DNA of 64,000 nt from NCBI GenBank assembly GCA_964491925.1, contig CAZBGZ010000001.1:701-64700 (forward strand), written 5' to 3'. The notes beneath the pieces are model-generated. The model saw only the letters and a list, made by a program, of their open reading frames with translations, was not told the DNA's origin and made no database searches. Every line of letters begins with the position of its first letter. Position 1 is the stretch's first letter. Shown here piece by piece: positions 32,495 to 41,166 of the stretch. The stretch comes from an uncultured Candidatus Saccharibacteria bacterium (lineage in GTDB: Bacteria; Patescibacteriota; Saccharimonadia; Saccharimonadales; JAGQNJ01). Position numbers and translations under genes: made by a program.

Positions 32495-34993
32495 CTATTT
32501 CGCCATTAGGTTGTTTAGTTGGTCTTTCCAGCTTTTTTGGTTAAGCATTTCAAAGTGGAAGTCCATATCAGCACTACCTAGGTCAAGTTCTTGCCAGCTT
32601 TTTTCTATTGCCTGCTCGTTACAAAGGTCAAAAACGCTTTTCTTGTATTCCGAGTCCTCGTTGCCAACTAATTGGTCGCCTTTAGACTCCAGTACATATA
32701 CTTTGTCGTAATCATCTCCCGACTTGTGGCTAGCTAAAAAGTCAGGGTATATTCTGCCTGGCTTCCAGCCCTGTATACGATAATCCTTTTTAGCTTCGTT
32801 TCTGTACCACCATAGGAGCTGGCTCTGGTCGTCCAAATACAAAGCGACAGCCTCCTCAAGCTCGTTTATGTCCTCGCTTGGCACGTAATTGAACAGACTT
32901 CGCTCCAGGTCGTCATCGTGATAGTTTCGTAATCTCTGCCTGCTCCTGACGGTTGCTTTGCTTCTAAGTGGCTTGTCGCTGAGTAGGTAAAACTTCATCT
33001 CGCCACTTTTTAGCATTTTCTTGAATACTGCCTCCGCCAATCTGTCCCGTTCGGCGAACAGAGTCTTTCTGAGGCTCTCTATGACAAATACGAGGTTACT
33101 CGCAACTACTTCTATACCATTAGCCTTAATAAGCGAGGTTATAGCCGCATTTGCAGTCTCGTAAGCAATCCAGGGGTTTGGCACGATGTCTACTATTTGT
33201 CTGGCTACATATTCGGTATCAACTTCCGATTCGTAGCTGAGTTCTTTTTCTTTTCTGGACAGTGGTTTGCCGTCTGCATCAAGCCCTACAGCTATCGTAA
33301 TATCATCTACGGTTCGGTTTTCCAGACTTAATTCGGATATAGCTGAGAGGTCGGCTTTGTCCCAGTCTATCTGGCTCAATATATCGGTACTGTAGCGTAC
33401 TTCTCGCCAATCCCGCCCGTCATTTACGGCAAAGAAGGGTAGGTACACTTTGCCTGCAAACTTTTTGAACTTGTCTTGGTACTCTATCGGCTTTTCGTCC
33501 AGGTAATCAGGGTTGGTTTCCTCGTTTGTATCTACGGCTATACGTCCTGCCAAGTCGCCAAGCCCCTCGCCCTCAAGGTTTTGTTTAATGCCTTTAACCA
33601 GTTTGGTCGTATCGTGCTGGAAACTGTACACGTAGCACTCGTCCAGCTCAGTTACACCTGTCTTTTTGGCGTATGGCTGCCTAAGTACACGTCCGATAAG
33701 CTGTGTCATTGCCGTTTCGGATTGTGATTTGGTCAAACTACATAGCACATAGGCGAATGGGCAGTCCCAACCTTCCTGTAACGCCTGTTTGGTTATGATA
33801 AACCGTATCGGACAACCTTGCTCAAGCAAGTCTATACCCTCAATGTCGTCTTTCTCGGTAGATTTTATGGCGATTTGTTCCTCTGGTACGCCCGCCTGTT
33901 TCATCAGGTATTCTTTAACGTCCTCTGCGTGGATATACACTCCGTCCCGTTGGTCTTTGCCTGTACGTTCCACCTGCACGAGCATTATCGGGCGTATGTA
34001 ATTATTGGTGTTCTGTTCGTATTCTTTGGCGATTTCCTGCAATTTGCCTAAATAGTTAGTAGCGTCGGCGACGGTTTCTTTCCAGCCTACGGTCGTTTTG
34101 TTGACCAGGTGCAGGTCTAGTTTAATCATCTGTTCGTCGTTCAGCTCTTTGCCTGTTATCTCTACCAGTTTATTGGCTGATTCTGGGGGAGTTGCGGACA
34201 GCTCCAGCAAGAATGACGGGTTAAAGCCTGCGATAGTGTCTCTTGCAGTTGGGCTGTACGCCTTATGACCTTCGTCAATGATGGTTATTGGTTTGAGTAA
34301 CCGAAGTACGTTACCAAGTGAAGTTTTAGGTAAGTTGCCCCACATATAGCCCTCCGCTCCAAAGGTATCAAGATTCGGTACTTGCTCCAGCAGGCGGGTT
34401 TGGAGCTTATAGGCGTCCTCGGCTGGGAAAAACTCGGTATAACCAGTGTTGTCTTTGAATACTTTTAGTGTTTCCTTGCTTTGTCTGGAAGCAGAAGGGA
34501 GCATCAGAAGCATCACGCATAGATTTTCGGCTACGTCATCAGGTGTAAAGCGGTCTAGTTTTTCAAGGATTAAGGTTTTACCACCACTGCTTACGTCTAG
34601 CACTTGTCTGTAAGGGTGTTGTCGGTCTCGCAGGTTATTGAGTGTCTGACGGTATATCTGGGTGGTTGGCACAATCCAAAGCACCATACCGTTCTGCTTA
34701 TTCAGATATACCTTGTTTATTAGGTCAATGCTGTGGCAAGCAAGCAGGGTTTTACCACCGCCTGTCGGTACTTTCAGGTACATATTTGGTACAGGTTCGC
34801 CGATACCGTTAAACGTCTTTTTGTAACTGTCTAGCCCTATTTCTTTCCAGGCTTTAGCAGGAAAATGTATGTCATTAGCAAGTTCAGCGTCTGCCTCTTT
34901 GACCCGTTCGTAGCGTTCTCGTTGTTCTACCAGGGCGGTAAGATAGCCCGATAGTGCTTGAGTTACCTTTTTTTGGTATTCTCTAAGCTCCAT
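32495..34993 (-). CDS. res: Type III restriction enzyme, Res subunit (SF2 helicase + PD-(D/E)xK nuclease)
   Basis: Motif I VPTGGGKTLLA, motif II IIDEGHKAY, and a C-terminal YPDFLA...VYVLESKGD nuclease motif. There is a 2-nt gap after mod. Confidence 0.85.
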   Translation of the reverse strand: MELREYQKKVTQALSGYLTALVEQRERYERVKEADAELANDIHFPAKAWKEIGLDSYKKTFNGIGEPVPNMYLKVPTGGGKTLLACHSIDLINKVYLNKQNGMVLWIVPTTQIYRQTLNNLRDRQHPYRQVLDVSSGGKTLILEKLDRFTPDDVAENLCVMLLMLPSASRQSKETLKVFKDNTGYTEFFPAEDAYKLQTRLLEQVPNLDTFGAEGYMWGNLPKTSLGNVLRLLKPITIIDEGHKAYSPTARDTIAGFNPSFLLELSATPPESANKLVEITGKELNDEQMIKLDLHLVNKTTVGWKETVADATNYLGKLQEIAKEYEQNTNNYIRPIMLVQVERTGKDQRDGVYIHAEDVKEYLMKQAGVPEEQIAIKSTEKDDIEGIDLLEQGCPIRFIITKQALQEGWDCPFAYVLCSLTKSQSETAMTQLIGRVLRQPYAKKTGVTELDECYVYSFQHDTTKLVKGIKQNLEGEGLGDLAGRIAVDTNEETNPDYLDEKPIEYQDKFKKFAGKVYLPFFAVNDGRDWREVRYSTDILSQIDWDKADLSAISELSLENRTVDDITIAVGLDADGKPLSRKEKELSYESEVDTEYVARQIVDIVPNPWIAYETANAAITSLIKANGIEVVASNLVFVIESLRKTLFAERDRLAEAVFKKMLKSGEMKFYLLSDKPLRSKATVRSRQRLRNYHDDDLERSLFNYVPSEDINELEEAVALYLDDQSQLLWWYRNEAKKDYRIQGWKPGRIYPDFLASHKSGDDYDKVYVLESKGDQLVGNEDSEYKKSVFDLCNEQAIEKSWQELDLGSADMDFHFEMLNQKSWKDQLNNLMAK

Positions 34994-34995
34994 CG

Positions 34996-36627
34996 TTACT
35001 TAACCTTATATATTTCAAAAGGTAGTTGGCAAAAATCTATTTTAAGCTCGTCCAGCTCGCCAGTCTCAACGTATTTGGTCGGTGCGAATACCAGTAGCGG
35101 GCGACTGCCAGCGTGTTCACGCAGTTCACGAGCCATATTCAGTGTTAAGGCTGTTTGTTTCAGGTATTCCAAATCTGGCTTGTAGAGCATATATACGTCA
35201 TAGTGGCTTGAACTCCCAACGAATTGCTTGGCTTCGTCCATTTTAGCCTCGTCAAACTCCTCGCCTGTTGCTGTGTAGTAAACATACCGTGCCAGCTCTA
35301 GGTAACTTGGGAGTTTTTTGCCTGTCAGTATTCCTTCGGTTTCTATGGGGTCGCCTAGGTCAAAGTAGCTGAATGAACCGCCAAGCCCCGCTTTAACAAG
35401 TTCGTTTTTCGCCGTTGGTACACCTTTTATTACACGGCGTACTCGTTCGGCAGTTATTGAATCTGCGTGGTCTTCAAGCTCTACTAGCACAAACTTTCGT
35501 GTCCCACCATCTTCCTTGTTAAGCTCCAATAACGCCTGTGCTGTCGTGCCCGTACCTGCGAACGAGTCAAGAACTATTGCTTCTTTATCATCGTGGGTAG
35601 CATAATCTAGCAGGTATTTGAGTAGTTTGGAGGGCTTTGGGTTCTCAAAAATCCGTTCACCAAAAATAGCCTCCAACTCTTTATTGCCATCTTGAGTAAA
35701 ACCAACGACTTCTTGTTTTAAAACACTGCGAGCTTTTACCCGCCTACCGTCTCCGTTTTCGTTCACAAGGTAGGTTTTTGTATATATCTGCCATTCACCA
35801 CTAGGGTCTTTCTTGAACTCTATTTCGTTGTTTGATTTTCTTCTTTCAAACTCCTTTGGCGAAAGTCTCCAAGGTGTTGGCGATGCACTTTTCATTGTAC
35901 CGTCAGGGCATTTTATTTCGTAAATAAGGTTTGGTCGGTCAGTGGCTATACCTTTTTTATCAAGCCTGTCTAGGTAGTAACGACCACGCTCGTCTTCGTA
36001 GCGGAACATTTTCTCATAATCAGGTGGCGGGGTCACGAATAATTCAGGGAGTACTGACAAGTCCTTTGCATAGACCAAAATATGCTCGTGCTCCTTTACA
36101 AGGTGTGGGCTATCACCGCCTCCGCCGTGCTTGTTCTTCCAGATGAACTCTCCAACACTGTTTGTTTCACCGAAAATATCATCAAGGAGAATCCTTAGAC
36201 GGTGAGATTCGTTCTCGTCAATACTAACCAGAAATAACCCATCGCTTGTTAGTAATTCCTTTAAGAGCTTTAGACGAGGCATAAGCATACAAAGCCACTT
36301 ATCGTGACGTGTAAGGTCTTCGCCTTCTTTTCCAACAACTTCTCCCAACCATTCTTTTATTAGCGGGCTATTGACCTTGTCGTTATAACGCCAGCCCTCG
36401 TTTCCTGTGTTGTAAGGTGGGTCAATGTAAATACACTTGATTTTGCCTGCATAAGTGGGCAGCAAGGCTTTTAGGGCTAATAGATTGTCGCCGTGAATAA
36501 TAAGGTTGTCGTGCAGACTGACTTTATCTGCTAGGCTTTTGTCTTTTTGCGGCACGAGTTGGTGGTATGGTACTGCAAGGTGATGGTTCTGGACGAAGGA
36601 TTTTCCTTTGAATTGTAAAAATGGCAT
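34996..36627 (-). CDS. mod: Type III restriction-modification methyltransferase, Mod subunit (beta-class N6A/N4C)
   Basis: IYIDPPYNTGN (motif IV) precedes DSFAGTGTTAQA (motif I). Confidence 0.85.
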   Translation of the reverse strand: MPFLQFKGKSFVQNHHLAVPYHQLVPQKDKSLADKVSLHDNLIIHGDNLLALKALLPTYAGKIKCIYIDPPYNTGNEGWRYNDKVNSPLIKEWLGEVVGKEGEDLTRHDKWLCMLMPRLKLLKELLTSDGLFLVSIDENESHRLRILLDDIFGETNSVGEFIWKNKHGGGGDSPHLVKEHEHILVYAKDLSVLPELFVTPPPDYEKMFRYEDERGRYYLDRLDKKGIATDRPNLIYEIKCPDGTMKSASPTPWRLSPKEFERRKSNNEIEFKKDPSGEWQIYTKTYLVNENGDGRRVKARSVLKQEVVGFTQDGNKELEAIFGERIFENPKPSKLLKYLLDYATHDDKEAIVLDSFAGTGTTAQALLELNKEDGGTRKFVLVELEDHADSITAERVRRVIKGVPTAKNELVKAGLGGSFSYFDLGDPIETEGILTGKKLPSYLELARYVYYTATGEEFDEAKMDEAKQFVGSSSHYDVYMLYKPDLEYLKQTALTLNMARELREHAGSRPLLVFAPTKYVETGELDELKIDFCQLPFEIYKVK

Positions 36628-36734
36628 AGCACTATTTTGTCACACTTTGACAGAGTTTGTTAGGGGTAATTACATAAAATGACAGATTGGGAGCGAATGG
36701 GTATTGACTGGTAGCTAATTTTATTGCACTTTAT

Positions 36735-36763
36735 TTGATTTAACAGAGGTCATTTGCTATAAT
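36735..36763 (+). promoter_or_regulatory. strong sigma70-like promoter TTGATT-N17-TATAAT
   Basis: -35 element at 36735-40 and -10 element at 36758-63. Drives the RarA_C-like / integrase pair. Confidence 0.55.
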
Positions 36764-36800
36764 TATACATACAAACCTTAACAATTTGGGGGCAAAAATT

Positions 36801-37427
36801 ATGGCAAAAGATGCTAAATCTGGCAATGCAAAATCATCGTATCGTGGAGGGTACGAGCTAAGGCTGATTGGAGACTACAGCTTTGACGAGGCAACCTCCG
36901 CAATGCAGAAGATGATTCGCCGTAATAAGGAGTACGAGGCTTGCTGGTGGGCTTACATACTCCACGACAGTGGCTACTACAAATATGTCTGGCGTAGGTT
37001 GATGATAATCGCTTCGGAAGATGTAGGTAACGGTAATCATATGGCAGCCGTTATAGTTAATGCCCTCAGACAGAATTACGAAGCCACTATAGATAGTAAA
37101 ACCCGTCTTGGTGGCAACGGTTCCTTGTTTATCTTTCAAGCAGTTATGTACCTGTGTTCGTCCGAAAAGCTACGAGAAGTAGACACCCTTGCTAACCTGA
37201 TAATCAAGGAGTTCAAGGACGGTAAACGCCTAGAAGTACCAGAAGTCGCCATTGACCCCCATACAGCCCAGGGCAAGAAAATACACGGTCGTTGGGAGCA
37301 AGGCACGGATGAGGAGAAAACGGAGAGATACAAGAAATGGTATGAGGTATGGTCTTATGTAACTCCTGCCTCAAAACAACCAGATAAGTACCTAGATAAG
37401 TGGAAAAGGTTGGAGGGTAAGACGTGA
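36801..37427 (+). CDS. RarA/MgsA C-terminal-domain-only protein (no AAA+ module)
   Basis: SFDEATSAMQKMIRRN..ACWWAYIL....YVWRRLMIIASEDVGNGN aligns with the E. coli RarA region HYDVISAFHKSVRGS..ALYWYARII...YVARRCLAIASEDVGNADP (recalled from memory). No Walker motifs are present. ATG at 36801 is preferred over TTG 36786. Confidence 0.6.
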   Translation: MAKDAKSGNAKSSYRGGYELRLIGDYSFDEATSAMQKMIRRNKEYEACWWAYILHDSGYYKYVWRRLMIIASEDVGNGNHMAAVIVNALRQNYEATIDSKTRLGGNGSLFIFQAVMYLCSSEKLREVDTLANLIIKEFKDGKRLEVPEVAIDPHTAQGKKIHGRWEQGTDEEKTERYKKWYEVWSYVTPASKQPDKYLDKWKRLEGKT

Positions 37428-38317
37428 GAAGTCTTGAGGCACATATAGTTTTCAAGGACTATGGAGCAGTCTTTGATAATTTAGATGTAGCTGAAAGCAC
37501 CAGAGCAGATTATTGCTACCGTTTGCCATTATTCGTAGATTTCGTGAACACCCACGCCTTTACGTCAAATACGTACTTGGACTATAAAAAGTATCTACGA
37601 ACAATGCCGTGGTCTGTTTCTACCAAAAACAAGCACCTTATAGTAGCAAGGGTTTTTCTGAAAGAACTGCACCGCCAGGGTTTACTGCCAACTGACATCA
37701 CACATAACGTCAAGGCTTTTAAGCAAAGCAAGAAACACAAGAAACGTGGCTTGAATGACATTGAGGTTAAGAAGCTTACTGCTTGGCTCTCCAATCTGCC
37801 AGACGAGCCTGAAAACGACAGATTAAAAGCACTTTTCAGTCTGCTGTTATTGCAAGGTTTGCGTTTAGTGGAGATATACAGACTAGATGTTGAGGACTTT
37901 GACCCTTATAACGATAGGATGTTCGTATGGGGTAAAGGCAGAGACGATAAAGAATCAGTACCATTATTGCCTCAGTCTGTTGCCTGCCTACGACAGTATC
38001 TACGGAGCAATAACATAAGAGAGGGTGCGTTATTCAGGAGCAACAGCAACAGTCAAATGGGCAAAAGATTATCTACTCGTGGGCTTCGTGAGATTATTTC
38101 AGTAATATTCCATATGCTACACATCAACAAGACTGCTCACGGTACACGCCATTTTTATACCAGCCAGCTACTAAAGCAGATGCCAGGAGAACTACTAGAC
38201 GTGGCACAATTCACACGACATCGCAGTATAGAGATGCTTCGTGAATACGATAACCGAAATAAGCAGGACTTCGCATTAGAAAAAGTAATATCTGCATTTG
38301 CGGGTATAAGTTTTTAA
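37424..38317 (+). CDS. tyrosine recombinase / phage-type integrase
   Basis: LQGLRLVEI (Arg), AHGTRHFYTS (HxxR) and RHRSIEMLREY (His...Tyr). The GTG start overlaps the upstream stop by 4 nt. Confidence 0.8.
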   Translation: MRSLEAHIVFKDYGAVFDNLDVAESTRADYCYRLPLFVDFVNTHAFTSNTYLDYKKYLRTMPWSVSTKNKHLIVARVFLKELHRQGLLPTDITHNVKAFKQSKKHKKRGLNDIEVKKLTAWLSNLPDEPENDRLKALFSLLLLQGLRLVEIYRLDVEDFDPYNDRMFVWGKGRDDKESVPLLPQSVACLRQYLRSNNIREGALFRSNSNSQMGKRLSTRGLREIISVIFHMLHINKTAHGTRHFYTSQLLKQMPGELLDVAQFTRHRSIEMLREYDNRNKQDFALEKVISAFAGISF

Positions 38318-38321
38318 GTAA

Positions 38322-38527
38322 TAAGCTAACTTGCCCCAACAATTACCTAACATTCGGGCTAAATAAGTTTGGAAGTGGTCTAAATTACGACACAAAATGT
38401 TAGGCAAATAACAGGCAATTCATAGGATTTAAGCTAACGTAACACCCCTCAAAGCCAAATAGTCTAGGGAATTGGCAGGAAATTGCTAGGAAACGAGCTA
38501 AATAAAACACCCCTTTACTGCCAATAA
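38322..38527. repeat. cluster of short direct repeats in the ORF-free spacer between the two recombinase genes
   Basis: TAAGCTAAC x2 (38322, 38430); GCTAAATAA x2 (38358, 38497); AACACCCCT..(A)..GCCAA.TA x2 (38441, 38506). Confidence 0.5.
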
Positions 38528-38617
38528 CACTAATTACAAGCACTAACTTTACACCTTAAAAATGTATCTACTATTTGAACCCTAGCAAACTATAATAAAC
38601 ATATGGAGACATTTTAG

Positions 38618-40303
38618 TTGGACAACAACCCTCTTGACCTATTTAAGCTGGTACAAAACCAGTTAGAGCCTAGCATACCTAAACCTGTAGTACCGTCTGA
38701 ACTTAGATACGCAATCTATGCACGTAAATCAACCGAGAGCGAGGAGCGGCAGGTACGCTCCATACCAGACCAAATTAGTGATTGTATGGAGCTTGTTGTT
38801 GAACCAAACAATATAGTTATTAACCAAAAAACTGATATTTACAAAGAGGAAAAATCCGCCAAGGAAGCGGGTACAAGACCTGTATTCCGTGAGCTAATGA
38901 AAAAAATAATTGACGGTAAGTATGATGGCATAATTTCGTGGCACTACGACCGCCTGGCTCGCAATATGAAAGAGGCTGGCGAGATAATTGAGCTTATAGA
39001 TAACGGTCAAATTAAAGACTTAAAGTTGGCTAAAGCCACGTTTGAAAACACACCAAACGGGAAGATGATACTTGGCATTAGTTTTGTGCTGTCAAAACAC
39101 TACTCAGACCATCTCAGCGAGTCTGTAACACGAGGCAACAAGAGCAGTACCGAGAAAGGCAGAGTTCTCAGTAAGTTTGTCCACGGCTATATTATTGCCG
39201 ACGATAAGCGTCTGATAGCTGATGACCGAAACTACCTAATTATTGAGCACGCTTTTCGTATGCGGTTAGACGGTAAATCACAGAAAGAAATAGCAGAGTA
39301 TATAAACAAGAGTGGCTATCAGGTGCACCGCTCTACTGTTGGTCATAGGATACGTACTTTTGACGAAGATATGGTATCTAAGCTCTTAAAAGAGCCTATA
39401 TACGCTGGCATATGGGTCTATGGTAAGACTGCTGTGAAGATGGCTGACGTTGACCCGAACTTTACACCTATGCTTACGGAGGAGGAGTTCTTTGCAATCA
39501 ACGGTAGAAAGTTCCAGCTATCTTATATCAAGAGTGCTGCTGCCCGTGTTGCGTCCAATGACAGGTCTAATTTCCTACGTCAGTTTGTAATCTGCGGGCA
39601 CTGTAAACGCAATCTTGGGACTAGTGTTACGTCAAAGTTTATAAAGTTATCTGGTAGATCTGGTAAGTCGGTACAGTACTACTTCCGCTTTAAGTGTAAT
39701 AACAAGGTCTGTGTAGCCTTTGGTAGTGGACCTAAGGGTTCGCTTATCAAGGATTACGTAACCGATTTCTTACAAAACCACTTATTTACAACCAAGAGCA
39801 ATTACAAACGCTACTTGGAGGACGCAGAGACGTTTTTGCAGGAGAGAAAGGCAGAGCTTACGTCTGCCAATAAAAGCTTTACCGTTCTGCTTAGCAAGAA
39901 ACGCCGTGAATACGATGACGCTAAAGCCATAGCAGCCGACACCGAAAATCCACTAGCTGTGCACTACACGCCAAAACACCTAGATAAGCTGAAAAAGGAA
40001 GTTGACGATTATAACAAGCAGGTGTTGGAGATTCGGCAAGAACTGGAAGACCAAAACACTGCTTTGGTGTCATATGACGAGTTTCTCAAACTTTACGAAA
40101 ATGCCGCCGAATTACTTCGGTCAACTTACGGAATGGCAATGGCTGACGAACTGATACGGATTTTCTTCTCAAACCTTACTGTTGTAAGTAAGCCGTATGG
40201 CAAAAAAATGACACAAAAACAGTGGTCAATAGTAGACCACTGCCTTAACGAGCCATTTGACGATTTCGTCAAAAACGGCGATTTTCTTACTTGGTCGGGG
40301 TGA
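38618..40303 (+). CDS. large serine recombinase (resolvase domain + recombinase domain + zinc ribbon + coiled coil)
   Basis: YAIYARKSTESEERQVRSIPDQ (catalytic Ser region), DRLARN, and CGHCKRNLG...CNNKVC. The last 12 nt overlap the tRNA-Pro 3' end. Confidence 0.85.
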   Translation: MDNNPLDLFKLVQNQLEPSIPKPVVPSELRYAIYARKSTESEERQVRSIPDQISDCMELVVEPNNIVINQKTDIYKEEKSAKEAGTRPVFRELMKKIIDGKYDGIISWHYDRLARNMKEAGEIIELIDNGQIKDLKLAKATFENTPNGKMILGISFVLSKHYSDHLSESVTRGNKSSTEKGRVLSKFVHGYIIADDKRLIADDRNYLIIEHAFRMRLDGKSQKEIAEYINKSGYQVHRSTVGHRIRTFDEDMVSKLLKEPIYAGIWVYGKTAVKMADVDPNFTPMLTEEEFFAINGRKFQLSYIKSAAARVASNDRSNFLRQFVICGHCKRNLGTSVTSKFIKLSGRSGKSVQYYFRFKCNNKVCVAFGSGPKGSLIKDYVTDFLQNHLFTTKSNYKRYLEDAETFLQERKAELTSANKSFTVLLSKKRREYDDAKAIAADTENPLAVHYTPKHLDKLKKEVDDYNKQVLEIRQELEDQNTALVSYDEFLKLYENAAELLRSTYGMAMADELIRIFFSNLTVVSKPYGKKMTQKQWSIVDHCLNEPFDDFVKNGDFLTWSG

Positions 40304-40368
40304 TAGGACTCGAACCTACGACCTCCGCGTCCCAAACGCGGCGCGCTAGCCAACTGCGCCACACCCCG
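40292..40368 (-). tRNA. tRNA-Pro (anticodon UGG), CCA encoded
   Basis: Acceptor CGGGGTG/CACCCCG, D arm GCGC-AGTTGGCTA-GCGC, anticodon arm CCGCG-TTTGGGA-CGCGG, T arm GTAGG-TTCGAGT-CCTAT. Confidence 0.92.
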
Positions 40369-40456
40369 ACGTCGCAGTGCGACGTCAACCTCCGTCATAC
40401 CAAAATAAATAAAACATTTCTTTTGCTAGACTGCAGTTTGTGTCGACTGCTCCTTA

Positions 40457-40494
40457 CAAAACTTCAAACAGATAAATCTTGGTTTGAAGTTTTG
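40457..40494 (-). terminator. 13-bp perfect hairpin downstream of the histidine phosphatase gene
   Basis: CAAAACTTCAAAC / GTTTGAAGTTTTG with a 12-nt loop. Confidence 0.5.
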
Positions 40495-40554
40495 GTTCAA
40501 ATGCTGAATACACGCAAGAACAGAGGGGATTATAGCGTAGCTAGGGCAAAATTA

Positions 40555-41094
40555 CTAGGGCAGTTCGAACTTATAAATTTCAGTATTTTCAAATCGTTGG
40601 TGGCTCATGAAATCGTGATGTGGAATATTTTCAGCGACAGCACGAATCATCCTACCAGTGGCACCATGGCTGACCAGTAAAATACGATCTGCTGGTAGTT
40701 TTTTTATGCGTTCAAAACCAGCCTTGACGCGCTCCAAGACTTTATCAGGATGCTCGATATCTTCTACTAACTTGCCCTCTTTGAGATGCTGATCTCGAAC
40801 CGCATAGGGCTTGCCAGAATAATACTTATTAAATACCTCTATGAACGCTCCATCTATACGTATGTTCTCAGGATCATAGCCAATTTCTTTGGCTATTATT
40901 TTAGCCGTGTCACGTGTGCGCTCCATAGGCGAACTAACTATGATCTCGATGTTCTTATCTTTTAGTTTTTGACCGGCTTTTTTAGCTTGGTTTTTTCCTT
41001 TTTCTGTTAATTGTGATTCAAATTCACCACCTGCAATCAGCCCTTCAACGTTGGCTTGTGTTTCACCGTGTCGTACAAAATAAATAGTTTTCAT
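40555..41094 (-). CDS. histidine phosphatase family protein (phosphoglycerate-mutase-like)
   Basis: IYFVRHGETQAN, SSPMERTRDTA and LVSHGAT. Confidence 0.75.
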   Translation of the reverse strand: MKTIYFVRHGETQANVEGLIAGGEFESQLTEKGKNQAKKAGQKLKDKNIEIIVSSPMERTRDTAKIIAKEIGYDPENIRIDGAFIEVFNKYYSGKPYAVRDQHLKEGKLVEDIEHPDKVLERVKAGFERIKKLPADRILLVSHGATGRMIRAVAENIPHHDFMSHQRFENTEIYKFELP

Positions 41095-41166
41095 TGTTTT
41101 TTAATTCCTTCTTCTCTGGGTAACTGTACCATTTTATAAAGTTTATGGTACAGTTACCAGTTAGAA

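Larger units (their letters stand above)
29443..40307. mobile_element. ~10.8 kb integrated genomic island at tRNA-Pro (Type III RM, tyrosine and serine recombinases, unknown cargo)
   Basis: Direct repeat of the tRNA-Pro 3' end at both edges. The large serine recombinase gene runs into the tRNA 3' end. The cargo is typical of mobile or defence DNA. Confidence 0.65.

Noticed and set aside
40368-40386. A perfect palindrome GACGTCGC-AGT-GCGACGTC touching the 5' end of tRNA-Pro, considered as a processing or regulatory signal.
   Set aside because: It is a single 8-bp hairpin with no T-run and no second copy. There is nothing to separate it from a chance or generic structural feature upstream of a tRNA.
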